From positions 1-64,000 of IMG/VR virus record IMGVR_UViG_3300027659_000020: a stretch of 64,000 nt of DNA, one strand, 5' to 3'. This DNA is from a virus. The position numbers and the translations under genes are program-made. This document shows positions 25,506 through 35,496 of the stretch, piece by piece. The notes under the pieces are model-generated. The model searched no databases. It was not told the origin of the DNA and saw nothing but the letters and a program-made list of their open reading frames with translations. Every line of letters begins with the position of its first letter. Positions within the stretch are counted from its first letter, which is position 1.

Positions 25506-26603
25506 GTGAAACTTCCCACACTTTATTCACGCACCTCTACGGGTGCAGTTCAAGAATGGACCATCGAGATTCAAGGCGATAAGTACCGCACAACTCATGG
25601 TCAAACTGATGGCAAGAAGCAGACTACTGAATGGACTGTAGTCACGCCCACCAACGTTGGGCGCTCTAATGAGCGCGAGGGCGACCAGCAAGCCGACTTT
25701 GAGGCCCGTGCTGTCTGGAAGAAGCGTACCGAGCGGGGTTACTATGAGAATCTCAAGGACATTGACAAGCCACCGTTCATTGAGCCAATGCTTGCTCAGA
25801 AGTACGAGGACCGCAAGGATGAAATCACATTCCCTCTCTGGAGTCAGCCAAAGCTAGATGGAATTCGCTGTATCTGTACCCGTCAGGGTATGTTCAGCCG
25901 TAATGGCAAGAAGATTGTTTCTGCGCCACATATCTATGCATCGCTGCAGCGTTTCTTTGAGAAGAATCCAGATATCACTTTGGATGGCGAGTTGTATGCC
26001 GACAAGCTTGCTAATGACTTTAATAAGATCTGCTCGCTCGTCAAGAAACAGAAGCCATCGCCCGATGAACTCGAGGAATCAAAGCAAAAGATTGAGTATC
26101 ACATCTACGATGTACTTGATATTACGCTTAAGTTTTCTGAGCGCATCGATTGGCTTTGGAAGAATATAACCCATGACGGGTCAATCAAGTTGGTCACCAC
26201 GCATCATGTAGAGAATACCACTAAACTGGATACTCTCTATGAATTGTATCTTGCCGAAAGCTTCGAAGGCCAGATGATTCGCGTAGATGCTCCTTATGAG
26301 CAGAAACGCAGCAAGAACCTTCTGAAGCGCAAGGAGTTTCAGGATGCTGAGTATCGTATCGTCGGTATTGGCGAGGGCCTCGGTAACCGATCATCTATGG
26401 CTGGATATGCAATCATGGAAAATAAAGACGGCACTAGTTTCCGATCAAATATCAAAGGTACCCATGAGTTCCTGACAGAACTTTGGAAAAACCGTTCCAG
26501 CGAAGAAGTTATGGGCGCATACGCTACCGTCCAGTTCTTTAACCTAACTCCAGATGGAGTTCCACGCTTTCCGTATATCACTGCAATCCGGAATTACGAA
26601 TAA
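25506..26603 (+). CDS. ATP-dependent DNA ligase
   Basis: PMLA, QPKLDGIR, LDGELY, EGQMIR, LLKRK, PRFP. Confidence 0.93.
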   Translation: MKLPTLYSRTSTGAVQEWTIEIQGDKYRTTHGQTDGKKQTTEWTVVTPTNVGRSNEREGDQQADFEARAVWKKRTERGYYENLKDIDKPPFIEPMLAQKYEDRKDEITFPLWSQPKLDGIRCICTRQGMFSRNGKKIVSAPHIYASLQRFFEKNPDITLDGELYADKLANDFNKICSLVKKQKPSPDELEESKQKIEYHIYDVLDITLKFSERIDWLWKNITHDGSIKLVTTHHVENTTKLDTLYELYLAESFEGQMIRVDAPYEQKRSKNLLKRKEFQDAEYRIVGIGEGLGNRSSMAGYAIMENKDGTSFRSNIKGTHEFLTELWKNRSSEEVMGAYATVQFFNLTPDGVPRFPYITAIRNYE

Positions 26604-26644
26604 GAAACCTTGCATTCTATCATACTCTCAATAAGATCTATACT

Positions 26645-26887
26645 ATGACTAACGATAATCCTATCACCGACACGCCCTCAATTACTAAACAGGATGTCTT
26701 TCGCCCTGAAATGATTCGACTTGTCTCTATGGAAGATATCAACTACGCTAAGAGCGCATTATATGCTGCGCTCTTAAAGCGCGATCTTCATTTTGCCTCT
26801 GTTGAGGAAGACGATAAATTCCATGATAGCTTGAGCTTGTTCCTCGAAGAAAGCTTTAACTGGCCTGACTATAATAACTTTAATTAA
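26645..26887 (+). CDS. hypothetical protein
   Basis: 80 aa after TTGCAT-16-TAAGAT promoter-like site. Confidence 0.55.
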   Translation: MTNDNPITDTPSITKQDVFRPEMIRLVSMEDINYAKSALYAALLKRDLHFASVEEDDKFHDSLSLFLEESFNWPDYNNFN

Positions 26888-26942
26888 AACTAGACTTATT
26901 ATAATAATTTTATCACAGCTATAACAGTTTTAACTAATATAT

Positions 26943-27155
26943 ATGAAAATGAAAATGGAAATTGACGGAGACACAGCGGATCGGATCGTGATTTGTTCTC
27001 TTGCAGATAGTATGGCTAATCTTAAGGAAGATATAGCTCAGCTCAAACGTAAGAAGAAACTTATGGCTTATGAAAAAGAGACTATGGCGGATTGTGTTCA
27101 TAATCTCCATGCTATGGAATTAGTATATGATTACTTTGGAGGAAATCTAAAATGA
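26943..27155 (+). CDS. hypothetical protein
   Basis: 70 aa ORF. Confidence 0.6.
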   Translation: MKMKMEIDGDTADRIVICSLADSMANLKEDIAQLKRKKKLMAYEKETMADCVHNLHAMELVYDYFGGNLK

Positions 27156-27769
27156 GCCCAGAACTCGATAAACAGCTTTGTGAGAAATACCCTAAGATAT
27201 TTGTTAATCGTAATGCAAGCCCGCAAGAGTCATGTATGTACTGGGGGCTTGAAATTGGTGATGGCTGGTATAATCTGATCGATCTTCTTTGTGAGGCAGT
27301 GACATACACCTACAGTACAGCGGTTGAGATCGATGAGGAAGATGCCAAACGTCTCGGTATAGAAGGTTATGCCTTGGGCGGCGACACTCAAAAGCGATAC
27401 TTTTTTAATGTCAAAGCTCCTCAGGTTATAGCTGATCAAGTGAAGGAGAAGTTTGGAACACTTCGCTTTTACCACCATTTAGAGTACGATCCGCAGAACC
27501 TTGAGTTAGTCAAGTCCGGCAAGTATCCGAAACTTGCTGAGGCCAATGATCGCTATGCCAACTATATCGATGGCATCGTTCATTTTGCAGATATTGCATC
27601 CGCTCATTTTTGTGAAGTATCTGGTTCTCGAGGCGAACTTCATAAGCGAGGCGGCAAGGGAGGCGGCGGCTGGTTCAAAACGCTTAGCAAAGAGGTCGTA
27701 GAGCAAGAAGAAACGCTTAAAGGCTATAAGACTACTATTACCGAAGTAAAGAAAGATATCATACCATGA
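27152..27769 (+). CDS. conserved phage hypothetical protein (QVKEKFGTLRFY family)
   Basis: GDGWYNLI, QVKEKFGTLRFY, CEVSG. Confidence 0.75.
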   Translation: MSPELDKQLCEKYPKIFVNRNASPQESCMYWGLEIGDGWYNLIDLLCEAVTYTYSTAVEIDEEDAKRLGIEGYALGGDTQKRYFFNVKAPQVIADQVKEKFGTLRFYHHLEYDPQNLELVKSGKYPKLAEANDRYANYIDGIVHFADIASAHFCEVSGSRGELHKRGGKGGGGWFKTLSKEVVEQEETLKGYKTTITEVKKDIIP

Positions 27770-27975
27770 ATACTCTAAAAATTGAAAAGAAGCACATTCC
27801 AGCTATTATGACAGCCAGGCTTGTAATTGAGAGTCATCAGAAGTGCCAAGACAATCTAATAAAGCAGATTGCAAAACGCATGGGCGTAAAGACGGCAGAG
27901 GAAGAAGAAATCCTCTGGGACTATATTTGCAATGATAGCGAATGGATGGTCGAGATTGTGCAAGATACTAAATAG
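27766..27975 (+). CDS. hypothetical protein
   Basis: start overlaps upstream stop. Confidence 0.55.
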   Translation: MNTLKIEKKHIPAIMTARLVIESHQKCQDNLIKQIAKRMGVKTAEEEEILWDYICNDSEWMVEIVQDTK

Positions 27976-27982
27976 ATCACAT

Positions 27983-28318
27983 ATGAGTGATTACCGCGAT
28001 CCATCTATCATCTGGCAAGAGTTCCGTCAGGAGCTTGATACACTCAAAGCTGAGAATGCTTCTTTACAAAAAGAAGTCACCGATCTTAAGCAACAGCAGC
28101 CAAAATATCCAGAAGGAGTTGATGCCGAAACGATGGACGCACTTGCCGAGCTTGATGCTGATTTAGCTATCAATAGCGATCAGGAAGGTGCCAAGAAACA
28201 ATTGTTGGGATTACTCGATGACCTCGAGGAAATGATCGGATCCCTTAATGCTGGCACGGGCATGGGCTTAAAAGTGCCAGACAAACTTAACGAGATCAGA
28301 AATTCACTAACTGCATGA
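27983..28318 (+). CDS. coiled-coil hypothetical protein
   Basis: ATG at 27983. Confidence 0.55.
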   Translation: MSDYRDPSIIWQEFRQELDTLKAENASLQKEVTDLKQQQPKYPEGVDAETMDALAELDADLAINSDQEGAKKQLLGLLDDLEEMIGSLNAGTGMGLKVPDKLNEIRNSLTA

Positions 28319-28494
28319 CCAATGGAAAAGGATCTAAGCCTCGACCCCTTTCAGTTCCGTTTGATGCTTTTGCGTCTAACTGGGAAAGAATATTTGCGCC
28401 GAAAGAAGAAACGTCTGCTATTTCGGTACCACACACAAACACACAGACACCACAGAAAAAGAAAAGGAAATCATATGAACCAATGCAACGGTAA
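28315..28494 (+). CDS. small phage protein (GKGSKPRP...NWERIF family), below track cutoff
   Basis: MTNGKGSKPRPLSVPFDAFASNWERIF; ATGA overlap with upstream stop. Confidence 0.7.
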   Translation: MTNGKGSKPRPLSVPFDAFASNWERIFAPKEETSAISVPHTNTQTPQKKKRKSYEPMQR

Positions 28495-28717
28495 AAACGC
28501 CTACGAGATTCGTCTCGAGGTTCTCAGTATCGCAGTCAGCCAAGCTGACGGCGCATACTACAATCAGGTTGATCTTGCCCGCACCACTGCAGGTGAAGGC
28601 AAAGTATACCAGCTGCCAGAGGATAAGCGCACCCGCGAAGCACTCAAGACTGCCAAGAAGCTTTATGCTTTTGTAGAAGGCGAAGGTAGAGATTCTGACT
28701 CAGAAGGCGCAGAATAA
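28475..28717 (+). CDS. conserved T4-like small protein
   Basis: KNAYEIRLEVL...AKKLYAFV. Confidence 0.7.
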   Translation: MNQCNGKNAYEIRLEVLSIAVSQADGAYYNQVDLARTTAGEGKVYQLPEDKRTREALKTAKKLYAFVEGEGRDSDSEGAE

Positions 28718-28737
28718 TCTGCGCTAGTTTATAGATC

Positions 28738-28778
28738 ATTGATGGCCAATGCCTTATAATAGGTGTTGGCCATCAATA
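28738..28778. terminator. long hairpin (terminator-like)
   Basis: ATTGATGGCCAA/TTGGCCATCAAT. Confidence 0.6.
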
Positions 28779-28872
28779 CTTTACGCTATTTACATTTTCT
28801 GCGTATTTGTTAGGATTGTGGCATGATTGATACTAACCACCGTTTTACTTCTGAGCAATAACTAATTTTATT

Positions 28873-29088
28873 ATGAATACTGAATCCGATACCATCAATA
28901 TTGAATCTCATACTTCCGGCGAAAATTACCGGAAATTTCTACAAAGCATAGCTGACGATGTTAAACGCACATCAATTGAAATTGGAATTACGCCATCCGA
29001 TGCTCTACAGAATATCATTGAATGCATTCATGAAGATGCTGAAGAACTTATCCAGTTGTCAATTGACAATATTAACGAATTTAACTAA
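28873..29088 (+). CDS. hypothetical protein
   Basis: downstream of TTTACA-16-TAGGAT (28789-28816). Confidence 0.55.
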   Translation: MNTESDTINIESHTSGENYRKFLQSIADDVKRTSIEIGITPSDALQNIIECIHEDAEELIQLSIDNINEFN

Positions 29089-29240
29089 TGAACGATCTCA
29101 TCCTCAACATTCGATACATCAAGTGGCATCTTCAAATCACCGAAGGATTTCGGGTTCGAATCTTTCGCAATGATTATCACTGCTGGTCAGTTAAACCAAT
29201 TGTAAAAGTCTATCAATTTGGAGAATACTTCTCCGGATGA
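29088..29240 (+). CDS. hypothetical protein (50 aa)
   Basis: TAATG coupling; MNDLILNIRYIKWHLQI. Confidence 0.45.
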   Translation: MNDLILNIRYIKWHLQITEGFRVRIFRNDYHCWSVKPIVKVYQFGEYFSG

Positions 29241-29269
29241 ACCGGTAAGAATAACGGCAAGGATAGCAA

Positions 29270-30259
29270 CTACGCAGATGGTAAAGTTGTAGGCGGAGGT
29301 GCCAATGGTGGCGCTTCCGCCTTTTTCTTGGCAAAATGCGGGCGGCCTTTTGGATCAAGCAACACCATCGCAAGTACTCCCAATCCCATTACTGTGGCAA
29401 CAACCCAGAATGGGATAGTAGCAGCTACATAAGACAGTCCGAGCATTGAAATACCAGAAATAATGAATGTTGGTGACTTCATTAAGAAGCCCACGAGCAA
29501 GAGCAAAACTCCTACTGCAAGTAACGACTTGACGATCCATCCGACCATCTCTAGACGTTGCTTTTCCTTTGCGATCTCAACAGCATCCCGAGCTTCCTTG
29601 AGCATACGCTCGCGCACGACAGCCTGTTCTTCCTGAAGTTTATTGAGCGCGATAGCCTGATCGTTGCGCAGCTTTGATTTCTCAGCTTCTTTCTTTTTGA
29701 CTGAAGCATCAGCTTCCTCATAGCGTTTAGCTGCAGCCTGAGCTTCCTTGGCGCGTGTCTCGTAAATCTTAGCGATTTCAGCTGCTTCCTTTTTTGCGGC
29801 AGCATCGATGTCAGCAGCAATTGCTTTCTTTCTATCCTCCGGCACGGGCATGAGCATTTCTGCATTTTCCTTAGACTTCAGATTTGCAATCAGCACGCGT
29901 TTGTCGAGCCCAACGACTTCCTCAGTTGCAACCATAATACCATAGTTGATCTCAGAGATCTTGTCAAAGTTCTCGTTATCCACCTTCTCACGATTTGCAT
30001 ATGCTGCAGCAAGTTCTTGGCGAAACTTTTCATACTGTGCCTCAAGCGCTTTGCGTGCATCTGACTCACGACGAGCAATTTCTGTCATCCTATCAACAGC
30101 GCCAGCAGTAGCTGTAGCACCTGCTACTGTGCCCGAGGTATCCCCGCCTTTATTGTTCAATCTGTCGCCCAGACTACCTATCTTGCTACCCAGGCCCATC
30201 ATCATTTGACATCCTGTAAGCAGCGCCAGCATAGGTAATACTATAAGCAATCGCTTCAT
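29270..30259 (-). CDS. lipoprotein with long coiled coil and C-terminal TM helices (spanin-like topology)
   Basis: lipobox LLTGC; heptad-rich middle; hydrophobic C-terminal segments; late promoter at 30267-30274 (-). Confidence 0.7.
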   Translation of the reverse strand: MKRLLIVLPMLALLTGCQMMMGLGSKIGSLGDRLNNKGGDTSGTVAGATATAGAVDRMTEIARRESDARKALEAQYEKFRQELAAAYANREKVDNENFDKISEINYGIMVATEEVVGLDKRVLIANLKSKENAEMLMPVPEDRKKAIAADIDAAAKKEAAEIAKIYETRAKEAQAAAKRYEEADASVKKKEAEKSKLRNDQAIALNKLQEEQAVVRERMLKEARDAVEIAKEKQRLEMVGWIVKSLLAVGVLLLLVGFLMKSPTFIISGISMLGLSYVAATIPFWVVATVMGLGVLAMVLLDPKGRPHFAKKKAEAPPLAPPPTTLPSA

Positions 30260-30317
30260 TTGTTCCTATTTATACTTAGTTAGGTGCCAAGTCATGATTG
30301 CTATAAATAGCAATACT

Positions 30318-30572
30318 ATGGTATCACCAATTCTAAAAGTACTAGGCCAAGAAGTTGCTGTCGGCACTGGCGGTAATAATTTCAACGGAAGCACTCTCAT
30401 CAGAGTATACAATAACACTGCTTCGGATGTTTCGGTTCTTGTAAAAGATGCTGAAGCAGTTACTACTGGTAGTTTTACCCTTCGTTCATACGAAACGGTA
30501 TTTGTCAGAAAACTACCAGCAGAAAGCATGTTTAGTACCGCTACCATCCGCATGGTTCCTATTGCTTTCTAA
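30318..30572 (+). CDS. hypothetical late protein
   Basis: TATAAATA at 30302-30309 before ATG 30318. Confidence 0.6.
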   Translation: MVSPILKVLGQEVAVGTGGNNFNGSTLIRVYNNTASDVSVLVKDAEAVTTGSFTLRSYETVFVRKLPAESMFSTATIRMVPIAF

Positions 30573-30575
30573 TAT

Positions 30576-31166
30576 ATGTCCGCTGATAAGAATTACGAAT
30601 CCCATGTTGCAGCAATTGGCACAGTAGTCGAGGGCCGAGCAATTCCTCAGATTGGGGTTAGCCCGCTCGATTACTCAGACATTCTGAAGTTTTCAAACTG
30701 CACCAATATCCTGGTCAATAGATGCACCATTCAGGGCGGCAAGGAAGACTGCATCGATGCAGTGCGCGGATCAAACTATACTATTATGAATACCAAGCTG
30801 ATTCCAAGTCAAAATGGAATCACGCTTAAAGGATCTATTGATGGGGCGCTAATCGAAAACGTAGAGTTCGATGGGCACGGAGCGGATTGCGACATTGACA
30901 TCGGCCAGTTTGATAATTACTGGTGGACTGGCCGAGCGCCCACGCGCAATGTGGTAATCCGAAATGTCTACTGTGCAAATGGTTCTCCGATAAAGGTTCG
31001 CCTATGGGATGCTGCTAATCCAGTAATCGAAAAATCGAATGTCCAGATTATTCGTGTTCCAAAGATTATCTGGTGGCCATACTTTGTATTCCGCGCTGCT
31101 CAGACTCGTGGAATTAGGAATGTCGCTAAGCCAGTCAATCCAACTATGTTTATCACTACCAAGTAA
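30576..31166 (+). CDS. right-handed beta-helix (pectin-lyase-like) protein
   Basis: NILVNRCTIQGGKEDCIDAVRGSNYTI. Confidence 0.65.
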   Translation: MSADKNYESHVAAIGTVVEGRAIPQIGVSPLDYSDILKFSNCTNILVNRCTIQGGKEDCIDAVRGSNYTIMNTKLIPSQNGITLKGSIDGALIENVEFDGHGADCDIDIGQFDNYWWTGRAPTRNVVIRNVYCANGSPIKVRLWDAANPVIEKSNVQIIRVPKIIWWPYFVFRAAQTRGIRNVAKPVNPTMFITTK

Positions 31167-31326
31167 TGCAATCGCCTGAGGAAAAGAAGAATTGGAAGTA
31201 TGCTCTTGATTCGATTGGTAATCGAATCTGGTGTAATACAGATATGTACCTCGCAATGACGTGTGGCGGTATATGCGGATTTTGGCTTGGAATGATTGTC
31301 TGGATACTCGTCAAGCATAGATAAAA

Positions 31327-31587
31327 ATGGCTGCTGCACCGAAAGACTTATTTGACTTCGGATTCACTGCAGTAGCAGAGCAAGATCTTGATGCCACGAA
31401 GCAAGTTGATGTGGCATACAAGCAAGCTGCAAAACACGAGGACAAGCTCGCCAAACTATATGATGCGATCCTTCCTTTGCTGCAGAATTTAAAGAAGAAT
31501 CCTGAGAAGGAATACATTAAATGGCCTAACCGAGTGAAGAAGGTCGAAGAATTTGAGAAGATGATTTCGGAGATTGTCAATGGATGA
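31327..31587 (+). CDS. conserved T4-like hypothetical protein
   Basis: FDFGFTAV...LLQNLKKNPEKEYIKWPNR. Confidence 0.75.
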   Translation: MAAAPKDLFDFGFTAVAEQDLDATKQVDVAYKQAAKHEDKLAKLYDAILPLLQNLKKNPEKEYIKWPNRVKKVEEFEKMISEIVNG

Positions 31588-31868
31588 ATCTAGATACATT
31601 CAAATCAATCATGGATCTGGGCTTCTCAGTTGCAGCCGTGACTGTTGGCGGCGTTTTCATTGTTATCCTACTTAAGTATATTTTGGCAGGAGTTGTTTCT
31701 GATGTAAAGTCTATCAGCGGTCTAGCAGGAATGCTGAATAACCGCGTGCGCACAATGAACAACGATCTGGTCCGGATCGATGCTCTAATTTCTTCTCGAT
31801 TTGGGTTGCGCGTCGATCTTGAGCGGCTATCGCGCACTGATGGCAAGACCGATGCTCGAAAGGACTGA
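31584..31868 (+). CDS. small single-TM membrane protein
   Basis: TM segment; NRVRTMNNDLVRID...DARKD. Confidence 0.7.
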   Translation: MNLDTFKSIMDLGFSVAAVTVGGVFIVILLKYILAGVVSDVKSISGLAGMLNNRVRTMNNDLVRIDALISSRFGLRVDLERLSRTDGKTDARKD

Positions 31869-31870
31869 CC

Positions 31871-32212
31871 GTGATGGAGGAGATCAATACATTCAAGACG
31901 ATGGTCAACCAGTATGGCCTACCGATTATGGCAGCTGGTGGAATGGGCTACTTTATTTACTTTGTCTGGAAATTTGTAACTGAGAATATCAATGTAGAGC
32001 TCTCGAACGCGAAGAAAATAATGATTGAGCTAATCGATAGAATTAGAATGCTAGATAACGATTTAATACGTCTCGAGCAGAAGATCAATACTGCTATCGA
32101 GGTTAAACGTGTAGAGAATCCGCTTAAAGCTAACCCCGAACGGCCTGCTGGAACAACTTCGCCATTTAATCTACCTCCTACCGATGGACAATCACAGCCG
32201 AAACAGCTATAA
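31871..32212 (+). CDS. small single-TM membrane protein, paralogous to upstream gene
   Basis: YGLPIMAAGGMGYFIYFVW; DRIRMLDNDLIRL. Confidence 0.7.
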   Translation: MMEEINTFKTMVNQYGLPIMAAGGMGYFIYFVWKFVTENINVELSNAKKIMIELIDRIRMLDNDLIRLEQKINTAIEVKRVENPLKANPERPAGTTSPFNLPPTDGQSQPKQL

Positions 32213-32693
32213 GGCCGCCGATACTGGATTCCTATTACTAGTAGGAATTTTGCTATTCCTGTGTGTATTGCAGTCGTGTGGCCGGGCCTCGGATATGGTA
32301 CATTCATTTAAGTCGCCGGCATTTAGCGGAATTGGCTACTCCTCGCATATATTTACTCAGGAGAATTTAGCACGCACTCGCAAGCAAACAATCAAAGATG
32401 TTGCTAAAGCAGAGGCAGAAAATCTAAAGCTTGCAAGCCAGAATACTCCTCTGAATAGCTTCATTGTGAATCTGCAGGCGCGTATTTACTCGCAGCTTGC
32501 ATCTCAGGTAACAGATCAGATCTTCAATGCATCTGGTGCAACTTTTGGTGTCATTAACTTGCAAGGTGGATCAACAGTAACATGGAATCGAGCGGGTGAC
32601 TTTGTCACTCTATACATTACTGATCCTTCCACCGGCAACATTACTTCAATTCAGGTGCCGGTAGGATCTCTATCGCCGCCTCCATCTAGCTGA
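32184..32693 (+). CDS. csgF: CsgF-like curli assembly protein
   Basis: MVHSFKSPAFSG, FIVNLQARIYSQL, TDPSTGNITSIQVP. Confidence 0.7.
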   Translation: MDNHSRNSYKAADTGFLLLVGILLFLCVLQSCGRASDMVHSFKSPAFSGIGYSSHIFTQENLARTRKQTIKDVAKAEAENLKLASQNTPLNSFIVNLQARIYSQLASQVTDQIFNASGATFGVINLQGGSTVTWNRAGDFVTLYITDPSTGNITSIQVPVGSLSPPPSS

Positions 32694-33502
32694 TGAAAGT
32701 AATTGCCATGAGCCTACTCGCGCTGTCTTTAGTTGGCTGCGCTTCAATACCTCGCTCGCCGAGTATTCTTGAGATGCCACGCAGCCAAGTATCTCCGCTT
32801 GAGAAGCAATTGATCGGGGTTCCACCAATTGATGGTAACCGGATCACTGTTGCTATCTACGGTTTCGCAGATAAGACAGGTCAGCGCAAGACTCAGGATG
32901 CTTATGCTTCATTCTCATCAGCGGTCACACAAGGAGCAGATTCTTGGCTAATTGACTCACTGCGCACTGCTGGATCAGGTAGGTGGTTTCAGGTGCTAGA
33001 GCGAACATCCTTGGACAATCTAATTAAGGAACGGCAGCTTATTGCACAGACGCGCGAGTCGTTTCTGGGCAGAGATGCTGAAAAACTTTCTCCGATGCTA
33101 TTCGCCGGTATCATTGCTGAGGGCGGGATTATCGGATACGATACTAACATTTTGACTGGAGGTGCCGGAGCTAGTCTCTTAGGTATATCCGGAAATACAC
33201 AATACCGAAAAGATGTCGTGACAGTCTCCTTGAGATTTGTCTCGGTTCAGACTGGAGAAGTACTGCTTTCTGTAGCAGTTACAAAAACAATCACAAGTGT
33301 GAGCGTCTCTGGAAATCTTTTCAAGTTCTATGAACACGGTACAACGCCCGCAGAATCTGAATTGGGCCTGACAGCTAATGAGCCGAATACTATCGCGGTT
33401 CGTAGCGCAATTGATCAGGCTGTTATAGAGATCATACATCAAGGGGCGAAGACTGGATTATGGAAATTCGTCACGACACTACCACTAACCACAAATCCTT
33501 AA
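32693..33502 (+). CDS. csgG: CsgG-family curli secretion channel lipoprotein
   Basis: lipobox LVGC; FADKTGQRK, SSAVTQG, WFQVLER, EGGIIGYDTN, YRKDVVTVSLR. Confidence 0.9.
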   Translation: MKVIAMSLLALSLVGCASIPRSPSILEMPRSQVSPLEKQLIGVPPIDGNRITVAIYGFADKTGQRKTQDAYASFSSAVTQGADSWLIDSLRTAGSGRWFQVLERTSLDNLIKERQLIAQTRESFLGRDAEKLSPMLFAGIIAEGGIIGYDTNILTGGAGASLLGISGNTQYRKDVVTVSLRFVSVQTGEVLLSVAVTKTITSVSVSGNLFKFYEHGTTPAESELGLTANEPNTIAVRSAIDQAVIEIIHQGAKTGLWKFVTTLPLTTNP

Positions 33503-33514
33503 GATAATTGCACT

Positions 33515-34327
33515 ATGAAAACTCTCATTAAGCTAATAATCGGATTTGCACTGATCGGATTGTTCCTCACCGCAGCATATGCGCAGAACCAGATCTATGT
33601 AAATCAAGTTACTACAGGCGGAAATACCACCTTAGTCCAAGTCGGAAGCCTCAATAAAGTCGGGACCTCACAAACTCCGAGTGACATCACCGGAGATAAT
33701 ATCGTGTTTGAAATGCGTCAGATTGGCGACAGCAATGACACCAAGTTTTCCATTGCTAGCGCAAACAACCTGAAGCTGCTTACTGTTGCTACCGGCAATA
33801 GCAATGCCCAGCAGTATTACTTCTCTGGTGCTAGCAATAATGTAAATATACTACTGAATGGAAACTCAAATAAGTTCTTACTCAACGGAGACACTACCGT
33901 GGATCACACATCGAGCACAGATACAGCTAAGGCTACCTTTACCAATTCGGACCTGTTGTTCGACGTTCAAGGTAACTCGAATGACATCCGTCTTGGAATT
34001 AGTTCAGGTAAATACAACTATCTGGACTACAAAGTCACTGGTAACTCCAATACTATCAAATCAACTCAAATCGGAAACACGGCGGGTTCTGCTGCAAAGG
34101 CTGGCCATGAACAGACCGTTGTGCTTACCGGATCTTCCAATGACTTGACAATCTATCAGGGCGGACTCGAAAAGCAACTGTTCAACTACACACTGGCCGG
34201 ATCAACCAATACGGTGCGCATTGTGCAGACCACGACCGGTTATGCTCCGGTGATGACTACATCCGGAACAAATGGCCCAGCAGGTCCTGCCACTACCACC
34301 AATTCAATCGTTCCTCCTTCACTTTAA
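33515..34327 (+). CDS. secreted curlin-like repeat protein
   Basis: signal peptide; recurring QxGxxN/GxSN rungs (QVGSLN, QIGDSN, VQGNSN, TGNSN, GSSN). Confidence 0.65.
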   Translation: MKTLIKLIIGFALIGLFLTAAYAQNQIYVNQVTTGGNTTLVQVGSLNKVGTSQTPSDITGDNIVFEMRQIGDSNDTKFSIASANNLKLLTVATGNSNAQQYYFSGASNNVNILLNGNSNKFLLNGDTTVDHTSSTDTAKATFTNSDLLFDVQGNSNDIRLGISSGKYNYLDYKVTGNSNTIKSTQIGNTAGSAAKAGHEQTVVLTGSSNDLTIYQGGLEKQLFNYTLAGSTNTVRIVQTTTGYAPVMTTSGTNGPAGPATTTNSIVPPSL

Positions 34328-34330
34328 TCC

Positions 34331-35494
34331 GTGAATATTAAAGCCGCTATTGCTATTAGCTTAGCGGCTTTTTCGTCTGCGTATGGGTCGATTGGAAAGA
34401 TGCTAGAGGTAACTGGGCCTACTCAGATTGTTCGTGGGAAAGATAAGATTGAGGGCAAAGTCAATGTAGAAGTTGAGATGAACGATTCAGTGGAAACGCT
34501 TAAGTCTCGTGTCTCGATTACATTCGAGGATAATACCCGGATGCAGGTTACAGAATTCTCAAAGCTAAAAATTGATGAATTTGTATATGACTCAAAGACT
34601 GGTAAAGGTAGTCTGGGTATAAAAGCTGCATTTGGCACTGTGCGGTATGCTTCTGGAGCAATCGCCAAGAACAGCCGTGAAAACGTCAAGGTGCAGACAC
34701 CTACCGCAAAAGTATCGGTGCGTGGCACTGACTTTTCAATGACAGTATCTGAAGATGGCAAGAGTCTGATTGTACTTCTACCATCAATTCCTAACGCCGC
34801 TGGCGAAAAAGCAATAGTAGGAGAGATTGAGGTCTCGAATATGAGCGGCACTGTGCTAATGACTAAAGCATATCAGGCAACATTCGTATCCTCGGCAAAT
34901 ACCGCTCCCACTCCTCCCATCATTCTAGACTTTCAGGATGAGTCTAAGATCAACAATATGCTAATGGTCGAGACACCTAAGCAAGTCACGCAGGCAGTGA
35001 AAGAACAGAAGAAAGACAAACAATCACAATCCACAAGCGACAATGAAGATAATAAGCCAAAAAAATCTGCTGCGAAAGCAGATGCTAAGGTTGCAGTTTC
35101 TCAGATTGATACGCCAGCAAATAATGAACCAGTGGCTAAAGCAGAAGATATACCTGCCGTCGAGACTAAGTTAGATCTAAGCTCTATACAGCCACAGGTG
35201 ATGCAAGCGGTTGCTGAGGCAATTTCAAAGACTATTGCTCCAGCAGCTCCAGCAGTTTCAGTTATAGCAGTGGAGCCACCTACTAATATGATAGTGTCTG
35301 CAACAGTAAATACTGGCTGGTCAACTGATGGAGTTAACGCCACGCTGTATATCGATAGTAGCGGAAATATCATTCGGTATAGCACTAAAGCAAATATCAG
35401 CGCTACAGTTGAAGTCACTAACGGTGAGGGAGCCAAGACATATCCTCTCAACTTCGGTGATAAATTAAATGTGAAGATCATACAAAAGAAATAA
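34331..35494 (+). CDS. FecR-domain secreted protein
   Basis: FEDNT, LKIDEFVYD, GTVRYASG, TPTAKVSVRGTDF. Confidence 0.85.
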   Translation: MNIKAAIAISLAAFSSAYGSIGKMLEVTGPTQIVRGKDKIEGKVNVEVEMNDSVETLKSRVSITFEDNTRMQVTEFSKLKIDEFVYDSKTGKGSLGIKAAFGTVRYASGAIAKNSRENVKVQTPTAKVSVRGTDFSMTVSEDGKSLIVLLPSIPNAAGEKAIVGEIEVSNMSGTVLMTKAYQATFVSSANTAPTPPIILDFQDESKINNMLMVETPKQVTQAVKEQKKDKQSQSTSDNEDNKPKKSAAKADAKVAVSQIDTPANNEPVAKAEDIPAVETKLDLSSIQPQVMQAVAEAISKTIAPAAPAVSVIAVEPPTNMIVSATVNTGWSTDGVNATLYIDSSGNIIRYSTKANISATVEVTNGEGAKTYPLNFGDKLNVKIIQKK

Positions 35495-35496
35495 TT

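Noticed and set aside
28322-28474. N-terminal extension of ORF 28322..28717
   Set aside because: Region better explained by the overlapping 28315..28494 gene; likely true start is 28475
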